Source: Candidatus Gastranaerophilales bacterium (GTDB taxonomy: Bacteria > Cyanobacteriota > Vampirovibrionia > Gastranaerophilales > Gastranaerophilaceae). From it: DNA of 44,379 bases. Within the stretch, counting starts at the first letter, position 1; each line of letters begins with the position of its first letter. Below, piece by piece: positions 29,704 to 39,506 of this stretch. Below the pieces are notes generated by a model. It ran no database searches, was not told where the DNA came from, and worked only from the letters and a program-made list of their open reading frames with translations. Location of the stretch: contig CALUSN010000001.1 of the NCBI GenBank assembly GCA_944323435.1, positions 1 to 44,379 on the forward strand, given 5' to 3'. The position numbers were made by a program, and so were the translations under genes.

Positions 29704-30789
29704 TTATGAATCCACTTCTGCTAATTTTTCAAGTTTTAGTTTCTGGTCATATTCAGTGAGCAGGTCGATAAGCTCGTCTAAATCACCGTCAATAACCGTC
29801 CATACATTAAGATTCTGACCGATTCTATGGTCGGTAAGCCTTCCTTGCGGGAAGTTATACGTTCTGATACGTTCGCTTCTGTCTCCGGTACCTACTTGCG
29901 AACGTCTCAGGTCGGTAATTTCTTTCATTTGCTTCTGCACTTCCATATCATAAAGTTTTGCTTTCAAGATTTGAAGCGCTCTTTCTTTGTTCTGGAGCTG
30001 TGAACGTTCTTCCGTACAGAAAATCATAATTCCTGTAGGTTTATGGAAAACTCTTGCGGCAGTTTCAACTTTGTTAACGTTTTGTCCGCCTGCACCTCCG
30101 GAACGTGCAGTTGTAATTTCAACATCATTCATATTGAGTTCGACTTCAACATCATCAACCTCCGGCATAACAGCAACCGTTGCCGTTGAGGTATGAACCC
30201 TTCCCTGGGATTCCGTTGCAGGAACTCTTTGAACTCTGTGAACACCGGATTCGTATTTGAGACGGGAATAAATGCTGTCGCCTTTCATTGAAATAATAAC
30301 TTCACTGACTCCGCCGGCTTCGCAATCGGTTTTGCTCAAAATTTGCGTCTGCCAGCCTTTTTTATCGGCATAGCGCATATACATTCTCATCAAATCACCC
30401 GCAAAGATGTTTGCTTCGTCTCCGCCTGCGCCGCCTCTGATTTCAAGCATAATGTCCTTATCGTCCATCGGGTCTCTCGGAAGAAGAAGAATTTTCATAC
30501 GTTCTTCATACTCGGCAATCTTTTTTTCGTTTTCTTCAATATCATTTTTTAAAAACTGCCTCATTTCTTCGTCTTTTTCTTCGTGAATCATCTGTTTTGC
30601 TTCTTCTATAGCATCAGAAGCTTTTTTCCACGCATAATACAATTCAACGGTTTCTTCCATTGATTTTCTTTGCTTTGATAAGTCTCTGAATTTATTATAA
30701 TCAGCTATAACATTCGGATCAGAGAGAGTTTCGCCTAACTCGACATACTTTTTCTCTATCTGAATGATTTTATCCAACATATCTTTCAT
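29704..30789 (-). CDS. prfA: Peptide chain release factor 1
   Basis: GGQ motif and PAT (PxT) loop in RVQRVPATE. Confidence 0.97.
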   Translation of the reverse strand: MKDMLDKIIQIEKKYVELGETLSDPNVIADYNKFRDLSKQRKSMEETVELYYAWKKASDAIEEAKQMIHEEKDEEMRQFLKNDIEENEKKIAEYEERMKILLLPRDPMDDKDIMLEIRGGAGGDEANIFAGDLMRMYMRYADKKGWQTQILSKTDCEAGGVSEVIISMKGDSIYSRLKYESGVHRVQRVPATESQGRVHTSTATVAVMPEVDDVEVELNMNDVEITTARSGGAGGQNVNKVETAARVFHKPTGIMIFCTEERSQLQNKERALQILKAKLYDMEVQKQMKEITDLRRSQVGTGDRSERIRTYNFPQGRLTDHRIGQNLNVWTVIDGDLDELIDLLTEYDQKLKLEKLAEVDS

Positions 30790-30933
30790 TATTAAGTTCC
30801 CCTTTGTCTAATTTTAGCATAACAAAAACAGAGGACAAATAAAAGGGGGGTGGGGGCAAGGAAAATGCAGCAGGTAAATATATGAGATAACTGACGCTTA
30901 AAACAAAAGTTAAATTTATTTTCTATTCGTCCG

Positions 30934-32742
30934 CTAATCGCTAAATGTCTTGAAAGTAGTTTCAATATTATCGGAAATAACTTTCTTAACTGCGTCCATT
31001 TCAGTTGAGAGAGCATTTTGTTCCGTATCAAGCTGTTTCAATCTTAATTCCAGAGTTCTATCCTCCTGTTGAATAATTGAAGTCTGTGCATTAATATCGG
31101 CAATTGTTTTTTCGTATTGTTCTTTTTTATACATATATTCATTCATTGCATCCTGATATGCATCTTCGTCAGTGACGGTTTCAACATTAAGATTATACAC
31201 AACACTGTCATCATCGAATTTTACAGATGTAAATCTGCCGTTTCCGTCCGTTTCAAGAAGTGCATGATTTGTTTCTTCAATTTTTGTTTGGACGTATAAA
31301 GCATTATAATAAGCGAGTTTATTTTGAATTTCTATTGGTTTTTCAGGGTCATAAGGCGTATTATAACTGTTGTAAAAATCACTTTCCGTTGTATAGTAAG
31401 TTTTTCCGTTCATTTCAAACGAATAAATTCCTTGCCCTTCATAAATCAGATTGCCTGTACTATCAAAACTCAAATACTGATTCATTGCAGAATCCGGACA
31501 GTCTTTTAATATTTGTGCAAGCTCAGCCGCCTGATCTTTTGTAAAACTTGTAAGCTCTGTCAATTTGCAGTTTCCTACATACATTCCGGGCTCTGCAGCA
31601 TATTCTTTCGGATTTTCTAAGTCATCCGGAACAAAGAAATGCCAGATGCCGTCAGTATCCTGATAGCCATATACATTATCCGTTGTTAAGACCCCATCTT
31701 CTTCGGCAAGCCCGACAGCTTCCTCAAAATCCCGCAGCGCTTCTTGGAATCTTGTATCCTGCTCTATTTCATCAATCGCTTCATAAGTATAACTTTCTTT
31801 GCCGTCTGCAGTTGTAACTGTATAATTATTATTTACAGGGTCATAAGCAACTTCAGGATGCATATTGTCTATTTCCTGCATTTCTTCCTTTAGAAAAAAG
31901 TGCCAGGTTCCGCTTGAGTCCTGATATCCGTATACTTCTTCGTCAGGAATAGCCCCTGCATCGTATGCCAGTTCTTTTGCCGTTGCAAAGTCATTAAATT
32001 GTTTTTGTAACTCCTCATCATTCTGAGCCTGTGCAGTTGTGATTTCATCATATCTGGCAGTTGTTCCATCTGCATAAAGTACATCATAATAAGAAAGCGG
32101 ATCAACCGGTTCGACAGAATCAATCTCTTCCTGTAAAAAGAAGTGCCAGGTTCCGCTTGAGTCCTGATATCCGTATACTTCTCCGGCCGGAATTGCACCT
32201 GCATCATAAGCAAGCTCTTTTGCCGTTGCAAAATCATTAAATTGTTTTTGCAATTCTTCATCATTGCCGGCTTTATCAGTAGTAATTTCATCACCGTTTA
32301 TTTCTGTGCCGTCATTGAGCGTTATTCTGTTCGAAGGACCGTATTTCAAGGTGGCAGACGGGTTAATATATGTTTTTACGGTGATTTCTCCGTTTTCAAT
32401 ATGAACCTGCGGATTTTCTAACAACTTTTGTGAGCCTGTATATATATCAGCATAATAATAATGATTTACTATGTAGTTGTAATTAGGATCCGCACTGGAA
32501 AGCTGCTGCCAGCTGTCTAAAACAGATTCGTTGTCTCCGTCGGTAAATGAATATTGAACTTCTGTATAATCAGTTGTTTTTGGCGCATTAGGAACTTCCA
32601 GATCTAAAAGTCTGTTAAACAAATTAGCACTTTGATTTGCAAGTGCAGTTCTTGCCTGATTAATTTGCTGACCTTCCCATTCGCAGTTGGTTTTTCTTGC
32701 TGTCAGAGCTAAATATCGTGCCTGTGATGCTGCCATTCCCAT
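30934..32742 (-). CDS. Hypothetical protein with conserved-looking terminal helices and an acidic repeated core (MGMAASQAR type)
   Basis: 602 aa; AAGGAG RBS; heptad-patterned N- and C-termini; three internal repeats. Confidence 0.88.
   Translation of the reverse strand: MGMAASQARYLALTARKTNCEWEGQQINQARTALANQSANLFNRLLDLEVPNAPKTTDYTEVQYSFTDGDNESVLDSWQQLSSADPNYNYIVNHYYYADIYTGSQKLLENPQVHIENGEITVKTYINPSATLKYGPSNRITLNDGTEINGDEITTDKAGNDEELQKQFNDFATAKELAYDAGAIPAGEVYGYQDSSGTWHFFLQEEIDSVEPVDPLSYYDVLYADGTTARYDEITTAQAQNDEELQKQFNDFATAKELAYDAGAIPDEEVYGYQDSSGTWHFFLKEEMQEIDNMHPEVAYDPVNNNYTVTTADGKESYTYEAIDEIEQDTRFQEALRDFEEAVGLAEEDGVLTTDNVYGYQDTDGIWHFFVPDDLENPKEYAAEPGMYVGNCKLTELTSFTKDQAAELAQILKDCPDSAMNQYLSFDSTGNLIYEGQGIYSFEMNGKTYYTTESDFYNSYNTPYDPEKPIEIQNKLAYYNALYVQTKIEETNHALLETDGNGRFTSVKFDDDSVVYNLNVETVTDEDAYQDAMNEYMYKKEQYEKTIADINAQTSIIQQEDRTLELRLKQLDTEQNALSTEMDAVKKVISDNIETTFKTFSD
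31620..32290 (-). repeat. Intragenic domain triplication
   Basis: NDEELQKQFNDFATAKELAYDAGAIP..EVYGYQDSSGTWHFFL.EE twice at a 243-bp offset, plus a diverged third copy (VYGYQDTDGIWHFF); boundaries approximate. Confidence 0.9.
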
Positions 32743-33171
32743 ACAGAGGTCTCCTTTTTATTATTTTTATAATGTTGATTTTTCTAATGTCAATATACAA
32801 GACACCTGATTATACATTAGCTTAAAACAAAATACAAAAAAACCTCTATTTGAATGGTTTTGGGGCAGAATGTATTGGCAAGTGATACTTCCCGATGCGC
32901 TGTAATTTTTCGGAGAAGATAGTATAGCACGATTCTTTCTTAAACAATAAGGGGGAGCTCTAACATTGCCATTAGCTCTTTTTAGAGTTTGGATTGTTTT
33001 TGTGGAATATATATATGCTTGAATATTAATTATGTTTTTGTTAAACTGAAAAGGTAAAATACTTAACAAAATTTTACTTAATATTTCTTAATATTTTGAA
33101 ATAATGAGTTAATTTTTTTTGTGTGTAGTTTTTTATATATATAGAGATTATGTGTGTAAGGAGTTCGTCTT

Positions 33172-35874
33172 ATGAAGATTAACGCGATTAATGCCGATTA
33201 TTTACGCCAGAGAGCGGGAAATAACAAAAAAACTCAAAGCTCTCCGGCTGTTAGTAAAGGGCTGCTCGAAGGCGTGTCAATGATATCATTCAGAAGCGGA
33301 AATCCACGGCATATTGCGCATATGGTCTCGGAGGAACCTCTGTTCGGGTTTAACGGCGGCGGCGTCGGGACGGTTGTTAATGACTATAATTTCTTAGATA
33401 ACAAAGATGTTGATAAAATAGTTAAACTTATACCTCTTTACAATCAGGAGGTTGATTATAAAAAAGATGTTGATTCAAAAACAGGTAAAATAAAACAGCC
33501 TGTCGGTCAGGGTGTAAAAATAAGATATGTGCCGCAAAATCTTCCGGCAGACCACCCGTTCAAGGGCAAAGAAGGTGCTCCGTTTATTACCGGACAGGCA
33601 TTAGATAATTCTACAAATCTTGTAAAATTCTTAAAAGATAAAAAAGACAGTGTTTTTCTTTTAGAAGAAATTAAATCTTCAAATATGAACTGGGGGATGG
33701 AGGATAATGTTCCTATAAAAATGTTCAGGGCGCAAAAAGATGAGCATTTAAATAACTTAATGACAAAAAAGGGTCTGGGCGGAGAACTTCAAAATAAATT
33801 GGAGTTTGTATTCACCTACGTAGATTCTACTGCCAGCATGCCAAAGCAATATGCAGATGAATTCAGTTATTCAAGCTCGACCGGCTCTGATTTGGAAAGA
33901 CGTTTTGCTTCCGGATGGAAAGGTCAGCCTTATGCAAAAGAAGCAAAAGCAACAATAGAGTTAATGCCTGCATTAAAAGAAAAATACAATATCGATCCTC
34001 GTTATATATTATGCTCTGACGGACAGCCAATGTTTGCGATGCATTATGCAGCACAAAAGAATGCCGCCGGAGAAGCGTACTGGCAGGACAAGTTTTTAGG
34101 CGGCGTCGGACATAATATGAATGCAGGTTATGACCAGCCAATGGGGGCAAGGCAGGCTATTGTTAATTTAGGCGCTACAAAAGAAGAACTGACAAAATTA
34201 ACAAACAGCAGGGAATATATAAATGCTCTTAAAAATGGAGAAGAAGAAAAATTTCTCCGCGAAACCGTATTAAAAGACTTCGTAAGACCAAAAAGCGGCA
34301 TGAATGCTTATAATGTAGCTATACATTATGCGCAAGCCGGATATGTTCCAATGCTGACGACTGTTTCGGAAGGGTATCATGATTCGTTGATTTCAAATGA
34401 ACTTGTGTCTGATATGTATAATGATCTGGTAAAACTAGACGAACTCGGCAGATTTAAAGGTTTAACAAATCCACTTATGGATCCGAATGTTTCACCGTTT
34501 AAGTATGAAATATTACAGCCGGGCTACAAGGATGATGTTAAGTTAAAATTAAAAGATGGTTCAGTTGTTACAGTAAATAAATTTCAAATTTTCGATAAAA
34601 ACAAATGTGATTTAAAAACTGTAAGGGAAATTAAACGCCAGAATAAAATAAATTTGCTGGAAAGATTTAGTGACAAATATAAAGACTCTATTTTATTAGA
34701 TAAAGACGGCAAAGAAATAAGCAAGCCTAATCAGGGCAGAATGCATATAACAGCCGGAAAATTTGACAGAAGTCTGAAAATATACGGCGGAATTTCTGAT
34801 GAATATCTCGCAAAACTAAAAAAAGGTGAAGATGTTAAATTAGTTGTAAGCTGGGGACGCGGTGATTTTCAAAAAGGTATGGATACAGTTATTGACTCTT
34901 TTGAAAAATATGCAAAAAAAGATCCTAATGCAATTTTGGTTTTTGGCGGTGATATGAAATTTGAACCGGAAACTGTAGAAAAATTTGAACTAGCCGTTTC
35001 AAAGCCGGAACTTAAAGGACGTATGATGATGACAGACGGGTGGACTCCGGGGAAAGATTTTGCAATGGCCGGTGACGTTGCACTTCTTCCTTCCAGATTT
35101 GCGCCTTGTGAATTGACTGATTTGGAGGCTAAAAAAGCTTTATGTACTCCGGTTGTTCCTAATGTTCAGGGGATGGCACAAAAGAATTTCGATCCTTCTA
35201 TTCCTGAAGAAGCCAAACTCATGGATGCATACAAGGGTAAACATGAATACTTTATGTCAGAAGAAACAGCTCTTAAGAATGCAAACGAAAGCGCAAAAAA
35301 AGAGTTTAATACTGCAAAAGATAAGCTTGTAAAAGAAATTAGCGGCAAGTACAAAGGACAGGTAAATGACGAAATACCGCAAGAGCTGTTAAAAGAAACT
35401 TTGGAAAGTAATGAAACTTATAAAAAAGCTCTAAAAAAACTGAGAGATTCTGTTATTTCTGATGAAATGGCAGGGTGTCTTGAGCGGGCCTTGATTACAG
35501 ACAGAAGCAGCAAAAATGCCGAAAATATTCTGGCAAACCAGATTAAAGCTGATACAACCTGGTTCGGAAACGCGTGGTTAAGCAAAACCGGTAAGTCATC
35601 CGGGCAGTTGTACTTCGATTACCACTTTAATAATAAAGGGAAAAATATCTCTAAGAAAGATTTGATACAACTTGATTTTTCCGGACTTAGCAGAAATATA
35701 AGCGGTAACGGCAGCGGAACAATACATTTTAACGGAAAAGCTAAAAGAATTGCTACAGCAGCGCTCGGACTTGCTGCACTTACGGGTCTAGGGGTTACGG
35801 GATATAAGTTTGGTTGGTTCTCGCCTAAATTTGAAGAAGAAAAGCCGCACGGGCATCTCTCTTGTGTCGTATAG
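33172..35874 (+). CDS. Divergent glycogen/starch synthase-like glycosyltransferase (GT5, GT-B) with C-terminal hydrophobic anchor
   Basis: FNGGGVGTV (cf. KxGGLgDV), GHN, TTVS, WGRGDFQKGMD, LPSRFAPCEL (cf. PSRFEPCGL); 900 aa with large insertions; AAGGAG RBS. Confidence 0.8.
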   Translation: MKINAINADYLRQRAGNNKKTQSSPAVSKGLLEGVSMISFRSGNPRHIAHMVSEEPLFGFNGGGVGTVVNDYNFLDNKDVDKIVKLIPLYNQEVDYKKDVDSKTGKIKQPVGQGVKIRYVPQNLPADHPFKGKEGAPFITGQALDNSTNLVKFLKDKKDSVFLLEEIKSSNMNWGMEDNVPIKMFRAQKDEHLNNLMTKKGLGGELQNKLEFVFTYVDSTASMPKQYADEFSYSSSTGSDLERRFASGWKGQPYAKEAKATIELMPALKEKYNIDPRYILCSDGQPMFAMHYAAQKNAAGEAYWQDKFLGGVGHNMNAGYDQPMGARQAIVNLGATKEELTKLTNSREYINALKNGEEEKFLRETVLKDFVRPKSGMNAYNVAIHYAQAGYVPMLTTVSEGYHDSLISNELVSDMYNDLVKLDELGRFKGLTNPLMDPNVSPFKYEILQPGYKDDVKLKLKDGSVVTVNKFQIFDKNKCDLKTVREIKRQNKINLLERFSDKYKDSILLDKDGKEISKPNQGRMHITAGKFDRSLKIYGGISDEYLAKLKKGEDVKLVVSWGRGDFQKGMDTVIDSFEKYAKKDPNAILVFGGDMKFEPETVEKFELAVSKPELKGRMMMTDGWTPGKDFAMAGDVALLPSRFAPCELTDLEAKKALCTPVVPNVQGMAQKNFDPSIPEEAKLMDAYKGKHEYFMSEETALKNANESAKKEFNTAKDKLVKEISGKYKGQVNDEIPQELLKETLESNETYKKALKKLRDSVISDEMAGCLERALITDRSSKNAENILANQIKADTTWFGNAWLSKTGKSSGQLYFDYHFNNKGKNISKKDLIQLDFSGLSRNISGNGSGTIHFNGKAKRIATAALGLAALTGLGVTGYKFGWFSPKFEEEKPHGHLSCVV

Positions 35875-36020
35875 GATACAAATATATCTTATTAGGTTGG
35901 GAATATAAAAATCCACCGGTACTATTGCCCTGGTATAAATAGAAATGCGGGTTGTTAACCGGATATGTTTGGCAGTTAATAACTAATACTAAAACTTTAT
36001 TTTTGTTATAAAATAAAAAT

Positions 36021-36629
36021 ATGATATTAAAAACTTTTATTGAACCGCCTATTGGAAATAATAATTATTTAATAGTGGATGAGGAGTCCGGTGAAGCAGC
36101 GCTTGTTGACTGTTCTGCAAGAGATGAAAATATACCTCTGATGATAAAAGAACTGGGTGCAAAATTGAAATACATTTTGCTGACTCACGGGCACTTTGAT
36201 CATGTTGCAGGTATCAGGAATAATCCTGAGGTTAAAACTGTTATGCATGAAGATGATCTTGGAATTTTAAGCAAAGTCAATACTTACATGCCAATGTTCG
36301 GTATGCCTGAAATGACTATTCCCAGAGTTGATGTTTTTGTAAAAGACGGTGATATTCTGAAATTAGGAAATTTTGAAATTAAAGTAATACACACTCCCGG
36401 GCATACACAAGGCGGGATTTGTTATCTTGCCGATAGTAAACTCTTTTCCGGTGACACAATTTTCAGAGAAAGCGTAGGGCGCTGCGATTTGGAAGGCGGC
36501 AATTTCGACCAGATAGTAGAAAGTATTGAAAACAAAATTTTTACACTTCCTGAGGATACAATGATTTACCCCGGTCACGGTAAAATAACATCTGTTGGTT
36601 GGGAAAAAGAACATAATAACTTTATGTAG
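36021..36629 (+). CDS. MBL-fold metallo-hydrolase (glyoxalase II-like)
   Basis: THGHFDH, HTPGHT, FSGDT, PGHG. Confidence 0.93.
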   Translation: MILKTFIEPPIGNNNYLIVDEESGEAALVDCSARDENIPLMIKELGAKLKYILLTHGHFDHVAGIRNNPEVKTVMHEDDLGILSKVNTYMPMFGMPEMTIPRVDVFVKDGDILKLGNFEIKVIHTPGHTQGGICYLADSKLFSGDTIFRESVGRCDLEGGNFDQIVESIENKIFTLPEDTMIYPGHGKITSVGWEKEHNNFM

Positions 36630-36639
36630 AGGAGTGTTC

Positions 36640-36975
36640 ATGCAAAAATGCAAAATAACGGTTATTAGAAAAACTTTGATAGAAGATTTAGCAAAAGAAT
36701 ATGGTGTTGATGGTCTGGGTTCTTGTCCGCTGCTTCAGGAAGGTCAGGTTTTCTATGCGGATTGGGAATGTCCGGAAGGATTCTGTAATGAAGCCTGGAA
36801 AGCTATTTATCAATATGTTTTTGCTCTTGCTCACGGTACCGGAGATAATGGCGGTTTGTTTTATTACGGCGACTGGATAAAAAAGCCCGGAGTGGCAATC
36901 TGTTCTTGCAATGACGGATTACGTCCGGTTATATTTAAAATAGAAATCGCAGGAGAAGAAAAATTTTCTGATTAA
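36640..36975 (+). CDS. TIGR04076-like small cysteine protein
   Basis: CKITV, CP, PEGFCNEAW, CNDGLRPVIFKIE; GAGGAG RBS favours the ATG at 36640. Confidence 0.8.
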   Translation: MQKCKITVIRKTLIEDLAKEYGVDGLGSCPLLQEGQVFYADWECPEGFCNEAWKAIYQYVFALAHGTGDNGGLFYYGDWIKKPGVAICSCNDGLRPVIFKIEIAGEEKFSD

Positions 36976-36996
36976 GTGTGATATAATAAGAGGGTT

Positions 36997-37407
36997 ATGA
37001 AACATACGTTTGAACAAAAAGTTTATTATTCTGATACCGATTCATTCGGAATTGTCTGGCATGGGTCATATTTAAGATGGCTGGAGATGGGGCGGGTTGA
37101 TCTTTGTGAATCAATGGGACTTAATATGCTGGATTTAGAGAAACAGGACATAGTTTTACCTGTTACAAATATGAATATCAGGTATAAAGCCTCCGGAAAA
37201 CTCAACGATATTGTTATTGTTGAAACGGAAGTAAAAAAGCTTACTCCTGTAACAATAGTATTTGAGCAGACGATCAGAAATAAAGAGAGCGGCAAATTAT
37301 TTTTGCAGGCGGAATTTGAAGTTGTAGCCGTACATAATGACGGCAGACTGCATAGAAGAATGCCGGAAGTTATTAAAAATGCGTTTGAACAGGTTGTTTT
37401 AGTTTAG
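36997..37407 (+). CDS. YbgC/4HBT-family acyl-CoA thioesterase
   Basis: VYYSDTDSFGIVWHGSYLRWLEMGR hot-dog fold motif. Confidence 0.92.
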   Translation: MKHTFEQKVYYSDTDSFGIVWHGSYLRWLEMGRVDLCESMGLNMLDLEKQDIVLPVTNMNIRYKASGKLNDIVIVETEVKKLTPVTIVFEQTIRNKESGKLFLQAEFEVVAVHNDGRLHRRMPEVIKNAFEQVVLV

Positions 37408-39479
37408 TTGTCTTCGGCTTCTATCATTTTTTTAGCCAGTTCAAACGCTTCAGGATAAACTTTAGCAATGGTAAATTCGCTTTTTGCATCTCCTGTTACC
37501 AGCAGACAGTAAGCTTCTGCAACAAATTCATAAACATTTGTAGCACAGTATCTCGCATTACTGTCGTCTGGAGCCCATTTATCGAATTGCTTCAGTGCCT
37601 CAACTTTCTTAAGTTCAGTATCATAAGCTGTTTCCGCAGGAGTTACCGAAGCTTTTATAGCTTCAACTTCAGAAGCATATTTATCTGACTCTTCTTTAAA
37701 CTTATCTTCAAGCTCTTTATTAACCGGATTTACGTGTGTATAATAGCTGTGACCGACTTCATGTGCAATTCTGCGCTGTAATGTTGGAATGTCCGAAGCT
37801 TCCGGATCTATGTAAATTACATTTTCTTCCGGCAGATACTCTCCGTCGCCGCCGGTTGGCGGTGGTTGTAAAATAAGTTTTATACCCTTGTCAGCCATTC
37901 TATAGAGTGCAACTGGATTAGATTCTGCAATAAATTTTTTAGCCCCCTGAGTCATACCTGAAACATCTATAAAGAACTCTTTGCCATCTCGTTTTACAGA
38001 GATTTTATCCTCAATAATTGCAACAGTATATGTATTTTTGCCTACTGTTTGCGTGTATTCCGTATCAGAACTATATTTTCGGTCTCCTACTTTATACAGT
38101 TCTTCTGCCAATTCACTCTCTTCTATTTTGAACAGTTGATAGTTTTGCGGCTCTTCAGCAACTATACCTTCTTCTTTAACAAATCCGTTTTCTTCCGGCA
38201 TAATTTTCAGAAATTCTTCAACAGTATATTCTTTTGTTTCGCCATTTTCTGTTACTAATACTTTGTTTCCCTTTATTTCAAGAGTTTTTTCTGTACCGTC
38301 TGCACTAAAAATTGTTTTCTTTTTATCGCAGACAAAATCTCTTGATTTATTGCTTAAATATTCAATAACATAGTCTCCGTTTTCAAGAAATTCAGTTTTG
38401 TAATCCACATCTTTAAGTAAACCGGCATAGCCCAATTCATCAATAGCAGAAGCGGCTTTTTCAGGGATATTATCATCCTTAATAATTTCAACAAAAACTT
38501 CATTGCAGTTTACGTTTAAATCAAAATTGAGTCCTAATACGGCATTATTATTAAGAAGTTTTATTAACAAATTCTTTGTTTTGTCAGACATTTTGATTAC
38601 TTGATTGTTATTATCTAAGGAAATATCTGTAATGATACCTTTTTCATCCATTGTTACATTAAATGAAGTTTCGTTTGGAAGTCCTTTATTTACTGTAATT
38701 TGTTTCAGATTCGGAGTGTATGCAAATTCATTTTTGCCGTATTGCAGAAACCCGTTTCGATTTTCATCATAGGTACATGTATATCCGCCTTCATATTTTT
38801 CAACACTCGCTTTGTAATTGCCTTTATCATCAAACATCGTTACAGCTGATACTAAATTTCCATATTCTCCGACAAATTTCTTTGAATAGCTGATAAATTC
38901 TTTGAGAAGGTTACCATTTGAATTAAAAAATTTTATGTCTTTATCGCCATCTTCATATGATACAGCCTCATAACCATTATCAACCGATTTGATATCAGCA
39001 TCGCTGCCACAATAAAATAGTATTTTTGCTAAAATCTCCTCCGGAATATCCTGATAGTCAGCTTGTTTATTTTTTATATTTTCCTCTAAGCGGGATCTGG
39101 CATACATATTTTCTTTTTCTGCAACCAGATTTTGAAGTCCAACCAGAGCTTCCTGAAAGTTATCGATAGAAACTTGTTCTCCGAATATATCTTTAAATTT
39201 CTTTTCACTAAATGTAAATTCTTTTGTTTTATTGTCATAATTAAAAAAATTGTCTTGCATGGCTCCTGACCATTTAGACATACTTACAGTGACTAAATCT
39301 ATAGTTCCATCATTTTTTGTGTCAAACTTATCAAAAATAGTAAATATTTTTTCCATAGATTTTTCTTTGGCAGTACCCTTATATTGCTCCATAAATTCAT
39401 CTTTAGATATTTTGCCATTTCTGACACCTAATGTCGCAATATTTAGTATTAAGTTATGTAATGAATAATTTTCTGCCAT
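37404..39479 (-). CDS. EF-hand-like + lethal-factor/Pro-Pro-endopeptidase-like zinc metalloprotease
   Basis: N-terminal NGKISKDEF and FDTKNDGTID loops; C-terminal GEY, AHEVGH, YCATNVYEFVAEAY; no Sec signal. Confidence 0.75.
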   Translation of the reverse strand: MAENYSLHNLILNIATLGVRNGKISKDEFMEQYKGTAKEKSMEKIFTIFDKFDTKNDGTIDLVTVSMSKWSGAMQDNFFNYDNKTKEFTFSEKKFKDIFGEQVSIDNFQEALVGLQNLVAEKENMYARSRLEENIKNKQADYQDIPEEILAKILFYCGSDADIKSVDNGYEAVSYEDGDKDIKFFNSNGNLLKEFISYSKKFVGEYGNLVSAVTMFDDKGNYKASVEKYEGGYTCTYDENRNGFLQYGKNEFAYTPNLKQITVNKGLPNETSFNVTMDEKGIITDISLDNNNQVIKMSDKTKNLLIKLLNNNAVLGLNFDLNVNCNEVFVEIIKDDNIPEKAASAIDELGYAGLLKDVDYKTEFLENGDYVIEYLSNKSRDFVCDKKKTIFSADGTEKTLEIKGNKVLVTENGETKEYTVEEFLKIMPEENGFVKEEGIVAEEPQNYQLFKIEESELAEELYKVGDRKYSSDTEYTQTVGKNTYTVAIIEDKISVKRDGKEFFIDVSGMTQGAKKFIAESNPVALYRMADKGIKLILQPPPTGGDGEYLPEENVIYIDPEASDIPTLQRRIAHEVGHSYYTHVNPVNKELEDKFKEESDKYASEVEAIKASVTPAETAYDTELKKVEALKQFDKWAPDDSNARYCATNVYEFVAEAYCLLVTGDAKSEFTIAKVYPEAFELAKKMIEAEDN

Positions 39480-39506
39480 AAAAATAAGACTCCTTCTATA
39501 ATTTTT

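Noticed and set aside
32940-33000. c-di-GMP-I riboswitch in the leader of the 602-aa gene
   Set aside because: Only CAAAC...GCAA fragments resemble the motif; the GNRA loop, receptor and P1 pairing are not evident
35860-35874. Eukaryotic CaaX prenylation motif at the end of the glycosyltransferase
   Set aside because: Protein ends SCVV, placing Cys third from the end rather than fourth
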